From Vicugna vicugna (lineage: Eukaryota), in assembly GCA_013265495.1 (NCBI GenBank), contig MU058790.1, positions 62,001 to 126,000 on the forward strand: a stretch of DNA of 64,000 nucleotides, given 5' to 3'. The translations under genes and the position numbers were made by a program. Position 1 is the first letter of the stretch. Every line of letters starts with the position of its first letter. Under the pieces are notes generated by a model, which worked only from the letters and a program-made list of their open reading frames with translations, was not told the DNA's origin and did not search any database. Of this stretch, positions 24,831 to 38,001 are shown one piece after another.

Positions 24831-26705
24831 ACATCTTCAGATTTTTAGGTACACTAAAATTAACCTATAACTCTTAAGAAGTCACTTGAGGCCATTATTT
24901 AAAAAAAAAAAACGAGGAAATAACCTAAAACAAATGAGGAAATAGGATCTAGAAAGCAATGGTTCTAATCCAGGAATGCAGAGAAAGAGTGTCCCAGGAT
25001 TATGGCTGTGCAGTATTTTGGGCTGAACAGGTTTTCAGACGGAAGCAGGAGAAAAGAATTCTCCAACAAGATCTGCAGGGCAGAAGGGCCAAGATGGCGG
25101 AGCAGAAGGACGTACGTAGCTCACTCTCTCCCACAGATAGGCCAAGACTGACACCCCCGGACCCACCCAGCCACTCAGAACACCTGGGGAACTTTGACAG
25201 AACATCATCTTCAAAAGGCAAAATATGCCACGAATCTGGTAGGAGAAAAGGGAAAAAGAAGGAAGGAAAGGGAAAACAGTGCGGGACCGGTCCCACAGGG
25301 AGGGAGCGGCAAAGGAGGAATAGGGCTCGGTCGCTGGGTCTCCCGTCTCCAACGGAGAGGCTAGCGGGACGGAGGGGGAGCCTCCGAAGCTTGGATCTGT
25401 ACAAAAAGGCTCTTGACCAACAGAACTAAGTTAAATGGGCAGGGAGGGTCCCCACGACCCCCAGCCCGAGACGCGAGGCGGTAGCTGGTGGCCGGGACAG
25501 GCTGCCCGAGCCGGGCGGAAGGCGGGGGCCGGGGTACAGAGGCAGCCCCGGGGGACTGCAGGGTGCTGTGCGCCGTGGCTGAGAGGGGATACAGAGCAGA
25601 ACAACATGGGTCCCCTGTAAAATGCGAAAAAAAAAAAAAAGGCAAAGCAGCACTGCTGGTGTGCCCTGGGGGGAGGGGTGCCACAGCTTTTGTCTCCTCA
25701 GACCTAGGGCACCATTACTGGGTGTTCTCGCGAGAAGGGAGGCGGGGCGCAGCCACAGCCGCCGTATCCTCAGGTGCGCGGCTCCCAGTTAGAGGCAGGC
25801 TGGAAACCTGAATACATGCTTAGGGGCTCCGCGACCTCTTAGGCAGGACTGAAACTTGTTTACAGCCCCAGGCAGAGGGAAACATTCTGCTCCGGTGCGT
25901 CTGTGAACTCGCTCCTCTAAGACAAATGAACAAGGGGCAGAGTTCTGTCACAGAGCAGGGCGAGGGCTGGTGCGGCCGTTTCCTGCCAGCCTGCCTGCGG
26001 AGCGGAGACCTGACGCGGAGCGGGGAGCTGCCCTGAGCAGGGGAGCGACCCGCCCTACTACCGTGCACGAGCGCGGGGCCGGGATGCTGCGCTGGGAGAA
26101 GGCTCCACGGGCCGCCAACCAGCACTGGGAGCAGCACAGACCTGGGGCACAACCCGAGGGCGTGTGGAACCAGGGAGCCCAGTTCGCGCAGCAGGGCAAG
26201 GGCAGGAGCGGCGACAACCACAGAACAAAAACGAGCCCCCGCTCAATAGCCAGGGCAGGCTCTGGGCACCAGAACACCGGCCACACCCCCAACCAAAGGC
26301 AAAGGCATGGAAGGAAGACTTGGCAACCAGCCATACTTAAGAAGGACCTCTTGACAAAATTATTAAGAGTGTACAGTCTCCATGGGAACACATCCACCTT
26401 TTTTTCTTCTTTTTTTAATTTTTAATTTTTTAAATTATTTATCTTTTTATTTTTAATCCCTTTTAAAATTTTCTTTAAAATTTTTAAATTAATTTTAAAA
26501 ATTTGTCTCAATTTGATTTTTATTTCTCTTTGTTTTGTTCTTCTGTTACTGATTATACTGTTTTCAAATCTTTTTTCTTCTTTAAAATTTTTTTCTTAGT
26601 TTTATTTCCACATCTGCTTTAGATAAATAAATAAATAAACCCCTTCAGGACCGCAGTAGATAACTGATACTCCATAACCCATAGTGCCAAAGAGGTATAA
26701 GAAAA

Positions 26706-27590
26706 ATGAAGAAGCAGAGGAACCACTCGCAATTAAAAGAACAAGAGAAATCCCCTGAAAGAATGATCAATGAAATAGATCTTGATAGTCTACTAGATCA
26801 TGATTTCAAAAAGGGAGTGATCAAAGTACTGAAGGAACTAAAAGAGATTGTGTATAGAGATAGAATATGTCAAAAAGGAAATTGAAACTATAAAGAGAAG
26901 CCAATTAAAATTGGGAAACTCATTTGCTGAGATGAGAGCTGATCTAAAGGCTGTAAAAAGTAGGCTAGATAATGCAGAGGAATAAATAAGTTACTTAGAA
27001 GACAGGACAACAGAAATCACCCAATCAGAACAGCTGAAAGAAAAACATAAAAACCAGTGAAAACAATAAAGGGACGTATGAGATAATATAAAGCATGCCA
27101 ATCTATGCATAATAGGGGTCCCAGAAGAAGAAGAAAGAGCAAAGGGGATTGAAAAAGTATTTGAAGAAATCATGACTGAAAATTTCCCAAACCTAAAGAA
27201 GGAATCAAATATCCAAGTACAGGAAGCACAGAAGGTCCCAAACAAGAAGAACCCAAACAGTCCCACACCGAGACATATCATAATCAGGATGACCAGGGTT
27301 AAGGATAAAGAAATGATTCTAAAAGCAGCAAGAGAAAAACAAAGAGTTACAAGGGAACCCCCATAAGGCTTTCAGCTGATTTCTCAACACAAACACTGCA
27401 GGCCAGAAGGGAGTGGCAAGGTATATTCAAAGTCCTGAATAAGAAAAAGATGCAGCCTAGGATACTCTATCCAGCAAGGCTATCCTTTAGAATAGAGGGA
27501 GAGATAAAGAACTTCACAGACAAGCAGAAACTAGAAGAGTTTAGCAACACTAAACCCATGCTGAAAGAAATATTGACAGGTCTACTCTAA
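26706..27590 (+). pseudogene. L1 ORF1p, disrupted
   Basis: MKKQRNHSQLKEQEKSPE...MTENFPNLKKESNIQVQEAQKVP...TPRHIIIRM...ILKAAREK, with frameshifts and stops. Confidence 0.88.
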
Positions 27591-27982
27591 ATAGAAAAGA
27601 AACAGGATGCTACAGAAAGGAGAAAACCATAATTGGAAAGGCAATAACTACAATGAATTACAACAGAATAAACATGAAATTGTAAAAGAGGACATCTAAA
27701 TCACTAAGGGTGGGAGAGGGGACCAAGAAAATATATTTTTTTCTTTTCTTTTTTTGTTCTCAGTAGGATGGGTTTGAGCTTATATTACTATCAGTTTAAA
27801 ACAAACAGATATAGTAATGGGTTAATATACATACAAAACAGGGTAACCACAAATCAGAAGCTTACAACAGAGTCACAAAAACTAAAAAGATACCAAGATA
27901 ATGCAAAGGAAAATTATCATACTACAAAAAAGAAAAAGGAAAAAAGTGGAAATACGAAATCAACTGCAAAACTAAGTTCAAA

Positions 27983-29156
27983 ATGGCAATAAACACACAA
28001 CTATTGATAATTACTGTAAGTGTCAATGGACTAAATGCTCCAATCAAAAGACATAGAGTGGCAGACTGGATAATAAAGCAAGAACCTTCAATATGCTGCA
28101 TACAAGAGACCCACTTTAGGGAGAAGGACACATACAGATTGAGAGTGAAAGGATGGAAAAGGTTATTCCATGCAAATGGAAAAGCCAAAAAAACAGGTGT
28201 AGCAGTATTGATTTCAGACAAAATACACTTTAAAACAAAGGCCATAAAGAAAGATAAAGAAGGACATTTTATAATGATTAAAGGAGTAATACAAGATGAG
28301 GATATTACACTCATTAATATATATGCACCCAATACAGGAACACCTAAGTACATAAAGCAACTACTAACAGAGATAAAGGAGAAAATTGATGGGACTACAA
28401 TCATTGTTGGAGATTTAAACACCACAGTAACATCACTAAACAGATCTTCCAGACAGAAAATAAATTAGGCAACAGAAACTAAATGATACAATAGAACAAT
28501 TAAACTTGGTTGATATTTTCAGAACATTACATCCCCCCAAAATAGATTATACATTCTTTTCAAGTGCACATGGAACATTTTCTAGGATAGATCATGTACT
28601 CAGGCACAAAAGAAGCCTCAACAAATTTAAGAATATAGAAATTCTTTCAGGCATCTTTTCTGACTACAATGCCATGAAACTAGAAATCAACAACAGAGAA
28701 AGAAAGGAGAAAGAAAGGAAAGCATGGAGATTGACCAATATGCTACTGAAAGATCAATGGGTCGATGATGAAATCAAAGGAGAAATTAAAAAATACTTTG
28801 AGACAAAAAACAATGAAAACATAACCACATCAAAATCTATGGGATGCGGCAAGAGGAGTCCTAAGAGGGAAGTTCATAGCGATACAGGCCTTCCTCAAAA
28901 AAAGAACAATCTCAAATGAAGAATCTAACCTACCAGCTAAAAGAATTAGAGAAAGAAGAGCAAAAAAGCCCGAAAGTCAGCAGAAGGAAGGAAATAATAA
29001 AGATCAGGGAGGAAATAAATAAAATGGAGATTAAAAAATAATAGAAAAAATCAATCAAACCAAGAGCTGGTTTTTTGAAAGAGTAGACAAAATTGACAAA
29101 CCTCTGGCCAAGCTCACCAAGAAGAGAAAAGAGAGAGCACAAATAAGCAAAATCAC
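27983..29156 (+). pseudogene. L1 ORF2p N-terminus (APE endonuclease), disrupted and truncated
   Basis: VNGLNAPIKR, CCIQETH, NIYAPN, VGDLNT, YTFFS, SRIDHV and SDYNA motifs; in-frame stop at 28466-28468. Confidence 0.92.
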
Positions 29157-29460
29157 ATCTCCAGGAAATAAAGGAACTTAATGGAATAAGTAAAGTAATA
29201 GAGAGTTGGGTTGCTGAGCATGTGGTACAAGCATTTGATGAAAATTAAAAAAAAGACAAAACCAGGAATCCATTCTGACATAACTCTAGGAATATTCTCT
29301 TTTTAGTGGTATAGATATGACCTTATATCTATAGAGAATGAAAAATAATACTAGCACACAACTCAGCTGAAGTTAATAATAATATTATTTTACATATTAT
29401 CATATCATATAATGTCATAGTAATGTAAATGCCATTGGTTTTCTAATTGTAGGGTTAATA

Positions 29461-29771
29461 CAAACATACATCAATTTATTGTACTTCCCTTTATTGTGCT
29501 TTGCAGGTGTTGGATTTTTTACACATTGAAAATTTGCGGCAACCCTGTGTGGAGCAAGTCTATTGGTGCCATTTTTCCAACAGCATTATTTTTTAATTAA
29601 GGTATGTACATTTTTTAAGACATAATGCTATTGCACACTTAAAAGACTACAGTATAGTATTAACATAACTTTTATATGCACTGGGAAATCAAAAACCCGT
29701 GTGACTTGCTTTATTGAGATATTTGCTTTATTGTGGTGGTCTGGAACTATAGCATCTCTGACGTCTGCCTG
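29461..29771 (-). mobile_element. Tigger1-derived MITE with both ends
   Basis: Degenerate terminal inverted repeats caaacatac... / ...gtctgcctg, TA on both flanks (29459-29460 and 29772-29773), Tigger1 subterminal sequences. Confidence 0.8.
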
Positions 29772-31839
29772 TAGGCAGATCACAGAAGAATTAGGTGTAT
29801 GGCAAAGGTCTGAAAAGATGCACACCAAAATATTGATGTGATACTCTGAGGAAGTAAGCGGGATTTGGGGTTAGCTGAAAGGGAATCCTCACTTTTACTC
29901 CATGTTATGTTATGTTATTTTTTTTGTATATATCAATCAGAGTTCACATGATCAGATTCGTGCACAGATATTGTTGACAAAACATAAGCCTATTCTAAGT
30001 TTCAGTGGGAAATGCAATTCTGGAAAGCCCATTTTCTGTCTTCCCTCTTTTGAAAACCTTTCCAAGGCTTCCTACTGCTTCAGAATAGAGCCCCGCCTTT
30101 TTAATGTGACTTAAAAAGGACTGCTTTTACTTCTTTGGCTTCACTTTTTACTTCTTGATGCTGTACCTAATACTATTGATATAATACCTAATATCAAGGA
30201 GGCTGGAAAGGGCCAGCCTGCCACATGCCTACAAGTGATCCTGGACGCTTGTGGAGAGCAGCACCAGTTGATGATCCTGTGGGATGCCAAATACACTCAG
30301 CCCTTGCCCAAGATTGACAGCCCCAAATTTCTCCCTTCCTGTCACGGCATGAAGCTCAAAGTCCAGGAATATTGGTTGATACCCAGGAGTTACTGTAATT
30401 TCTATTTGTAAACCAATCAATTCTCAGTTAATAACCAACAGCACAGTACCAGCATTAAGTTTTCTATCTTTCCCTCCTAGATCTACAGGCTTAATAGATA
30501 AATGATTTTCTTCCCAAGTGACTATAGGCAAAAATTTTAACAAATGCCTTGCCTCTGCATAGCAGAGATCGTCACCTTTTCAGCCTTTGGTACCTGTTTT
30601 CTTTGCGGTCCCCCAACAGATCACTGTGTCAAAATCATTCATTTTAGGCTTTGTTACTGTATGCTCTACTTTTGATCTCAACTTCTATGCTGGTAAGACA
30701 GGGTTAGGCTATGCTGTAGTAACAAACAGCTCCCAAATATCAGTGACTTAAAGCAATGAAAGTACACTTCTTGCTATACTACATGACCATTGCATGTTGG
30801 CTGGGGGTGAAAGGAGACTCTTCAACATTTTCCTTCTTTATGGACCCAGGCTGGGGCAGGTTCCATCTTGCTTCCACTATGTGCAAGGGACATTACATGC
30901 TTCATCTCACTGAATCTCTGTAATTATTATTCCTACTTTTCAGAGGAGAAAATTGAGACATAGAGATATTAAGCAAGTTCCCCAGTGTCATGCATCTAGG
31001 AAACAGAGCAGTTAGGATTTGAATCTGGGTGGCGTGTCTCCCACCAAACGTAACTACCACCCTGTATCTTCATGGTGTAGTGATGAAGGATCGAGGTAAA
31101 TGAACGGAGATACTGAAGTTTACTGGGATGGAGGGTAGGAATTTACCACAAAGGATGATCTGGGAAGAGAATTCTCCTTTCAAACCTAGAAGTTTAGTTA
31201 GTGACAATATATAAGAGTAAAATTAGGTTATGATGTTAAATAAACAGTTAACAATTGAGTGAGAATGACATGCAACTATTTTAGTAATTCCATTGACTTT
31301 GACAAAATGCTTAAGGCATAATCTTTGAATACAGTGCAGTGTGGTTTCCAGATCTAGGGCCACTGTGAGTGCTGGAGTACTTGTGATTATCTGGGAAGAG
31401 GGGGTGTGAGAGTTTAATGGCCATGGAGGGGTTGATGTTCCTTGAATCCCTAGGTGTTCTGTGGATGGTCAACCCAAAGCAACTTTCTAGGTGGAAAAGA
31501 ACCACCTTGAATGTAGAAAGCTGGGTTCCTCTTACATACTCACTCCCGAAACTGAACAGGGCACAATGGAGAGGAACTCTGAGTGGTGTGTCCCTTGGTC
31601 TCCCGATGCAGGGTGAGAGTTCAGTTTTCTCTCATCTAGTGGGGCTCAAAGAAACTGGAAACTGAGAACAGAGTATGGAGGATAATTGTGTTTTGAGGTC
31701 ATGTATGAAAATTGTCTCTAGCACCTGGGAAAGGAGAACTAGCAAGTGTTGGACATGACAGAAAAGTCCGCTGATATCCGTGAGATCGTGAGGCAGACAG
31801 CCACTGTCGCCACAGCTGCAGCCAGAAGGGATGCCATCT

Positions 31840-32825
31840 GCCTCATTAGCATGTAACATAGTTGATCACACCCTCCTCCTTGCGAAACTCTCTTCAGTTG
31901 ACTTTTCAGGACCCCACACTCTCCTCATGGTCTTCTTACTTCACTGCCTTTCCCTTCCAGGCCCACATTCCTTTCCCTTCCAGTACATGGAGAGAGACTC
32001 CATTTGCCTGGGAGAGTTCTCCATCTGCCTCTCTCGGATTCTTCTTCCTCCCATACACCACAGGCAATTCATTATCAACTCCTGTCACCCCTACCTTCAA
32101 AACATTTCCAGAACCTGACCTCCCCTGCTTCTCATCATGCCCACCGCGACCATCCCAGTCTGGGCAACCCTCATCTCTCTATTGCAGTGACCTCCTAAAT
32201 GGGCTCTTTGCTCCTGTCCCCACCCACTTACAGTCTCCTCTCAACACAGCAGCCACAGGGAGCACATCACTCCTCTGCTCAGAGGCATCAGCGCGACATC
32301 ATCCCACACGGAGATGGTCCTGTATGCTCAAGTCCCCGGTGACCTGTTTGGTCTTATTTCCTGTTAACTCTCTCCCTTTCTCACTCAGTTCCAGCCACCT
32401 GGGCCACTTTCTCTGTCCCTCAAACATATTGAGATTGGTTTCACCTTAAGATCTTTACACTTACAGTTCCTTCTGCCTGGAACGCATCTTCTCTCACAAA
32501 TCCGTGTGACTCCCTCCCTCACCTCTTTCCTATTGCAGATGAAATGTCACCTTTATTAGAGAGGTCGGCTCTGACAAGCCCATCTACAACAGCAGCCCTA
32601 CTACTGTCCCTCCCTGAACCACTCCCCCCTCTCTCCCCTGCATTCCTTCTTACTTATTATTACTTCTCTCTAGCACTTATTACCATCCAAACATACTTGC
32701 TCATTGTCTGCCTCGCCACTAGAATGGGAGCTCCACAACCGGGGAGTTTCGTTCATTTGTTTCCTCAGAGCCTGGAGCAGTGTCTGGCACGTAATGAACA
32801 TTAAGTAAACATTCACTGCATGACT
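31840..32825 (+). mobile_element. L2 LINE 3' portion
   Basis: ttgatcacaccctcctccttg, tattgcagtgacctcctaaatgg, gttccttctgcctggaacg and cctggagcagtgtctggcacgtaa L2 hallmarks. Explains the 195-aa ORF at 31862. Confidence 0.82.
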
Positions 32826-33246
32826 TACTGACCTCACCCTGTGTTGTGTGTGGAAAGACACTAGGGAAGGAAAGTAGGTGTTGGGAGTTTGGCAGGAGGA
32901 GGCCCTTCCCAGCCACTGAGGAATACAAATGAGAGAGCTTGAATGAAACTGGAGGATTTGGAATTCTGGTGACTTCTCTGAGGAAGAGTCACTACAAACC
33001 AGTGACTGCCCTGTTTCTTCTACTTATAGTCAGAGGCCTGGGAAATGCAGGTTCCAGCATAACAGGTTTAAAGTTTGACATACTTTAACCATTTGAACAA
33101 ATGGACATGCTTATCGGAAAAGCTGGAGATCTGTGACTCTACATCTTGGGTAAGTGATCAAAGCCAGCAGAGAGCCATCGTTTTCAATCTCAGAGAGAGC
33201 ATGGTCTTTGAAGCTTAGCTTTCAGGACACAATTGATGGCGTCCTT

Positions 33247-33278
33247 CTGTCCCCTGGTGGCAGTGCAGCTAAACTGCA
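33247..33278 (-). promoter_or_regulatory. Candidate CTCF site (core plus upstream motif)
   Basis: Minus strand reads TGCAG-tttagctgcactg-CCACCAGGGGACAG. Confidence 0.55.
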
Positions 33279-33919
33279 CAGGAAGACAAATTCCTTGAAG
33301 AAGAGAAGGCAAAATGAAAATTTCAAGGTTCTATCTTTCAAAGCTTGTACCACCCAGAAGTGTGTGCACATGTGTGTTTGCCTGGGATAAACATCTCCCC
33401 AAATTTTTCCTTCTTGAAACCTGACGAAGCCTCCTTACTCACATGACTTCAGCATCAAAGGGGACCAGTTTAATGGAAGACGTTACCCTTATAGCTAGGC
33501 TTGGATGCAAACACACCCCTTAATCCAGGCCCTCGACAGCCTCCTCTCATGACCCTCTACCAAACATGCTTGTAGAAAAGATTTCTGTTGGGGCTGGGAG
33601 ACTGGCACAGGCAACCTCAAGGTGCCCTCCGGCTCTTGGATTCTATGACTTTAGGTTGAGCCTTTCTCACTCCACTCTGACTCTGGCCATCCCTAACTTT
33701 CCCACTTCGGACTTGCACTTGCTGGAGGCATCTACATCCCCTATGGATTCTTCACTCTTTGCATCTTACTTCTGCCTGGCAACATATTTTTTACTCTTGA
33801 TTTTGTGTGACTGGAGACTTTATCTTTAAAATGTGTCCTGGACATAGTTGACTCCCAAAGCTAATGTCTCTTTAACATGCATGCAATTCACCAGAGGAGA
33901 ATGCCAAAAGTGGAGAATT

Positions 33920-34056
33920 TCAATTCATAATTCACCCCACATCACCCTCCACCTCTGATTCAGCATGTCAGGCATGGAGCCTGGGCGTTTCCTTTTCGCT
34001 GTCACTTCTGGTTTTCCCACTGTAGGTGGTCTGTGGACGACCCTTGGGAAATACTG
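33920..34056. mobile_element. MER5A-like MITE
   Basis: ctgattcagcatgtcaggcatggagcctgg...ggtggtctgtggacgacccttgggaaatactg. Confidence 0.65.
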
Positions 34057-35309
34057 ACCAAGATGGTGACATAACATAACAGGGTTCCAAAGCCCTTCCT
34101 CTGACACTGCCCTGAACCATTCAAAGCAAAGAATCAAGGAATTTGTAAATGTCATTTGTAGAACTGGCCTTTCTCATAAGCTGTGTCACGTATGCTGACT
34201 TGGAGAAGAACATGACTCACCGTGGCAAAGGCTTCTGGCCTCAGGCGCTGATCATGCTTGCTCTGTCTTTCCGGCTTCTGGATCATGGCCCGCTTCAGCC
34301 AAGCTTCCTGCTCAAACCTGCTCCCTTGCTTGGTGCCAGCCTTAAGCACTGGATTTTCTCCTTGTCCCATTTTGGTTCTGTAAAGCCCTATAATATATTA
34401 TGAGGGGAAAAGTACCAGAGAAGCTCCTGGGCAGATACAAAGGGCCAATTTAGCATCAAATATCTGGTAAATGGATAGACTCTTGGTTTGGAATTTTTAC
34501 TCCATGATACTAACATTGAAAAGGCCGTAATCTACCCACTTCATTTTATAAATGAATAAAGTACATCTTAAGAAAGGTGAAATGATTACTTCAAGATTAC
34601 TAGCCAACTGCAGGTGGAGCCAGGACTTAAAGGTAGGCCTTCTTACTCCCAGTCAAGTGCTCTTGTTGGCCCCAGAGAGGCAAAGCTATGGGCATGAATG
34701 AAGCTGATCCCAGTGAATAGTGCTCTGTGGGATTTTAGATATTTCAACAAACCTTATGCAGCTCAACCAATGAGAAACCAAATCTGACAGCATCCTTCAT
34801 TTTTCTCTCTGCCTGGCTCCCTAGACCTACCAGTCTTGAGTTCCAGATAATTCAAACTCCATTAGATTTCTGACATTTACGCAATTCCCTCCTGTTGCCC
34901 CAGCAGTTGCTGTGGTTCCGGACAGTCTTCCAGAAGAAACCCTATTACAAGTTCTATGCAGCACACATGCATGCACACCTCCCCGCCATACACACACATA
35001 CACATGATTATATATAAAGAGCTGGGCAGCTATGGTATCCTAAGCAGGACAAAAAGAGCAGCCGCCATGTGTATGATTTTTGTGCTTTGTTGGGAGGGGG
35101 GATATGTCATTCATGTGAATTCCAGTTTAGAATATGGATAATTTTAAGGGCTGGAATAGCATCTCTTTAGCCATATATGCAGTATACATTGTATATTTGT
35201 ACATGGGCTCCCATGTACAAATATATTTGCTTGCAATTTCCAAGACTCTTAATTATTTTCTCTCTTCTTCCAAAAAATTACAGAAGAAATACAATCTATT
35301 CAGATTTAA

Positions 35310-35830
35310 AAGGTACACACCTTAGAACCAAATAATCCCACTTTTAAAAGGTTTTAGAGAAACAGTCACTCATGGGCCCGAGGAGGTTTGGGCAAAGGTA
35401 TTCAGATCAGCATTGTTTGTAAGAGTGGAACATTGTAAACTACTCAAATGTCTACCAGTAGGAAAAGGAATAAACGAGGGCCTCTTCATACCGTGTGATA
35501 TAATATAGCAGCTTAACTCAAGGAGGTGGGTCTATACATGTTGACATAAAAAAAAAATCCCAAAGGCATCCTGTTGCCTAAAAGGAGCAATCTGCAGAAT
35601 AATATATATATAGACAGTTTTCCAATAATACATGCATACATGTATATAAATGTGGGGAAAACCCTGGGATCATATACATCAAAATGAGAGCAGTTGTTAC
35701 CTCATATTACATTTGGGAAAGGATGGTGGGGTGGGAGACCAAAACGAAGCAGGATAGAGGGCAAGGGGCTTGTTAGGCTTTTGCTATATGGAAGGACTTT
35801 ACGTAAAAAATGCATTCATGTATGTAAATT
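35310..35830 (+). mobile_element. Ancient L1 (L1ME-like) 3' fragment
   Basis: aatcccactttta, cagcattgtttgtaa, ctcaaatgtctaccagtagg. Confidence 0.6.
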
Positions 35831-37146
35831 ACACATGTATATTGTGTAATTTAAATTAAGTTTTTAAAAGTAAAGTATAACTGTTTAGCTGTTTCTAACC
35901 ATATAATACATAAAGTAAAAAGTGGTACTTCTCCAGAATTTATTCTTTCCTTTGCTTCTCCATAATTTATTTCTCCGTATTTGATTTCTTCTTTCTCCAT
36001 CATTTATTTCTTTCTCCCCCTATTGGTGGATATTTTAGTTGGTTTTTTTTTCTTAGTTCACTTTTCCAAACAGTATCGCAAGGAAAAGTTATATTTTTTA
36101 TCCATTCGTGTTATTATTTCTGTTGTATGGATCTTAAGAACTGTGATCACGGGCTATGACACTTAAAAATGTGACAAACTTCCCTCTGCAAAGAGCATCC
36201 TACTGATTCATAGAACAGTAGTTGTGCAGTAACTCCCTAGTTCACATTATCCAGGTTGCAACGGTAACAGCTGCTCCCAGACGTACTTCGTTGCTCTTAA
36301 GGCTGGATAGTAGCTGACTTAACTTCCTTCTCCCTGCATGCTGACCATTGGTGGTGCCTGGCCACATTAGCCAAACAGTGGAGGAGACTGGGATAAGGTG
36401 GGAGGGGAAGGCAAGGGCTGGTAGACCATGAAATCGAGACAGACTAATGAGCCATGGGTCACATTAACCCACAGACATGTTTTCTTTGGCCTGTACAATG
36501 TTAGGCTCCACAGTGTTTTAAAGAGGCCGAGTCAGTGCCAGGTGTTAAGGGGGCAGTGCTTAATCCCCACTCAGGCTTCCCTGCATGTGGTTCTCCACGT
36601 GGGGAACCATCAGTTTACATGACATTCCTCATCTTTCTTTACTCTCTCCCTCATTCCTGCACTGGGAAGTGGAGTGGCTTCTTACCTTCCTCTTGGTTGA
36701 TTCACCAGAGAGAGTATGTTTCTGCTTATGACTGGGTGGTAATTCTAATTCTGGGGCTCAATGTTAAAAAGACCAGTTTCCCTCAGATAAGTCCCATTCT
36801 CCAACAGGAAGTTGATCTTTTGATTATAATCTGGCTTCCTCCTTGTCTCTTAATTTGTTCAGGACTCAGGTAGGGAAGAGATATACTATTCAAGTCCCCT
36901 TAAGTCCAAACACCAATGTTGAAAAACATTGAGATTTTGAAATTGAGAGATTTCACATCATAGTATTTCTGAATTTCTTGCAAAGCTATAAGATTAGGGA
37001 ACCCTGAGACCTTGTTTCTAAATGCTGATAATGGCTGGAGCTGAGATGTGCCTCCCTCTGAAGGGGCATGTGCTAACATGTCACAGTCCTCACTATTCCT
37101 TATGGCTTTTCTGATACTTAGACCGAGTCATTGACATTCAGCGTCA

Positions 37147-37639
37147 TGTGATTATAGACATAATAATGACCACCCAAAGGTATCCACATCCTAATCCTCA
37201 GAACGTGTACATATGTTACATGGCAAAAGGGCTCTGCAGGTGTGATTAAGTTAAAGATCTTGGGATGGGGAGATTATCCTGGGTGGGCCCGGTGTAATCA
37301 CAGAGGGTCATAATAAGGGAAAGATACAGGTAGGAGGCTCAGGGTCTGAGAAGGAGATGACAGAAGCAGAGGTCACGGAGGAGAGAGATTTGAAATTGTT
37401 ACACTTCTGGTTTTGAAGATGGAACCACTAACCAAGAAGTGTAGGTAGCCTCTAGAAGCTAGAAAAGGCAAGAAAATGGATGAAAGCTAGAGCCACCAGA
37501 AGGAACACAGCCCTGCTGAAACCTCAAGTTTAGCCCAGTAAGACCATTTTGGACTTTTGGCCTCCAGACCTTACTATAAGAGACTAAATTCGTGTTGTTT
37601 TAGGCCACTAATTTTAAGCAGCAATATAAAACTAATACA
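37147..37639 (+). mobile_element. MaLR solo LTR (MLT1D-like)
   Basis: atccacatcctaatcctcagaac...gcaggtgtgattaagttaaagatcttgggatggggagattatcctgg...aaactaataca. Confidence 0.82.
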
Positions 37640-38001
37640 AGAGTTAAGGAGAAAGTAAAGCATTTCTTATATCCATATCTATCCCAAGAGGGAAAACAGG
37701 AACTAGATCAAGATGGCAATATATTTCAAAAATTATGTGAGAGAGCATTTCTTTCTTGGAAGGGGAGTGGGCGTTGTTGATTGCTTACCAGCATCCAGTA
37801 GTCACCTCACCTTTCATACCATGTGACCCAGCAGTCACCTTCCTAGGCATATGCCCGAGAGATGAAAACATGTGTCCACATAGAAACTTGTTCACGAATG
37901 TTTATGGTAGCATTTTTCGTAATAGTAAAAAATGAGAAATAATCCAAATGTCCATTGACTGACAAATGGATAAATAAGATGTAGTATATAAAAAGCACTC
38001 T

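Larger units (their letters stand above)
25080..29156 (+). mobile_element. Relatively young L1: full CpG-rich 5'UTR, ORF1 and ORF2 endonuclease, 3'-truncated
   Basis: Starts with the YY1 motif caagatggcg. 5'UTR of about 1.6 kb; ORF1 and ORF2 are recognisable but disrupted; no RT domain and no poly(A) tail. Confidence 0.93.

Noticed and set aside
24959..26425. Many overlapping 100-156 aa ORFs
   Set aside because: GC-rich L1 5'UTR with few stop codons; only the Kozak-flanked antisense ORF is kept, as a low-interest lead.
27922..28425. 167-aa hydrophobic minus-strand ORF
   Set aside because: Antisense shadow of the A-rich L1 ORF2.
30115..30411. 98-codon stop-free frame (...IKEAGKGQPATCLQVILDACGEQHQ...) as a hidden exon or pseudogene
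   Set aside because: No recognisable homology, no early ATG and no convincing splice sites; tBLASTn would be needed to revive it.
31862..32449. 195-aa Ser/Pro-rich ORF
   Set aside because: Falls within a decayed L2 element and has a non-ATG start.
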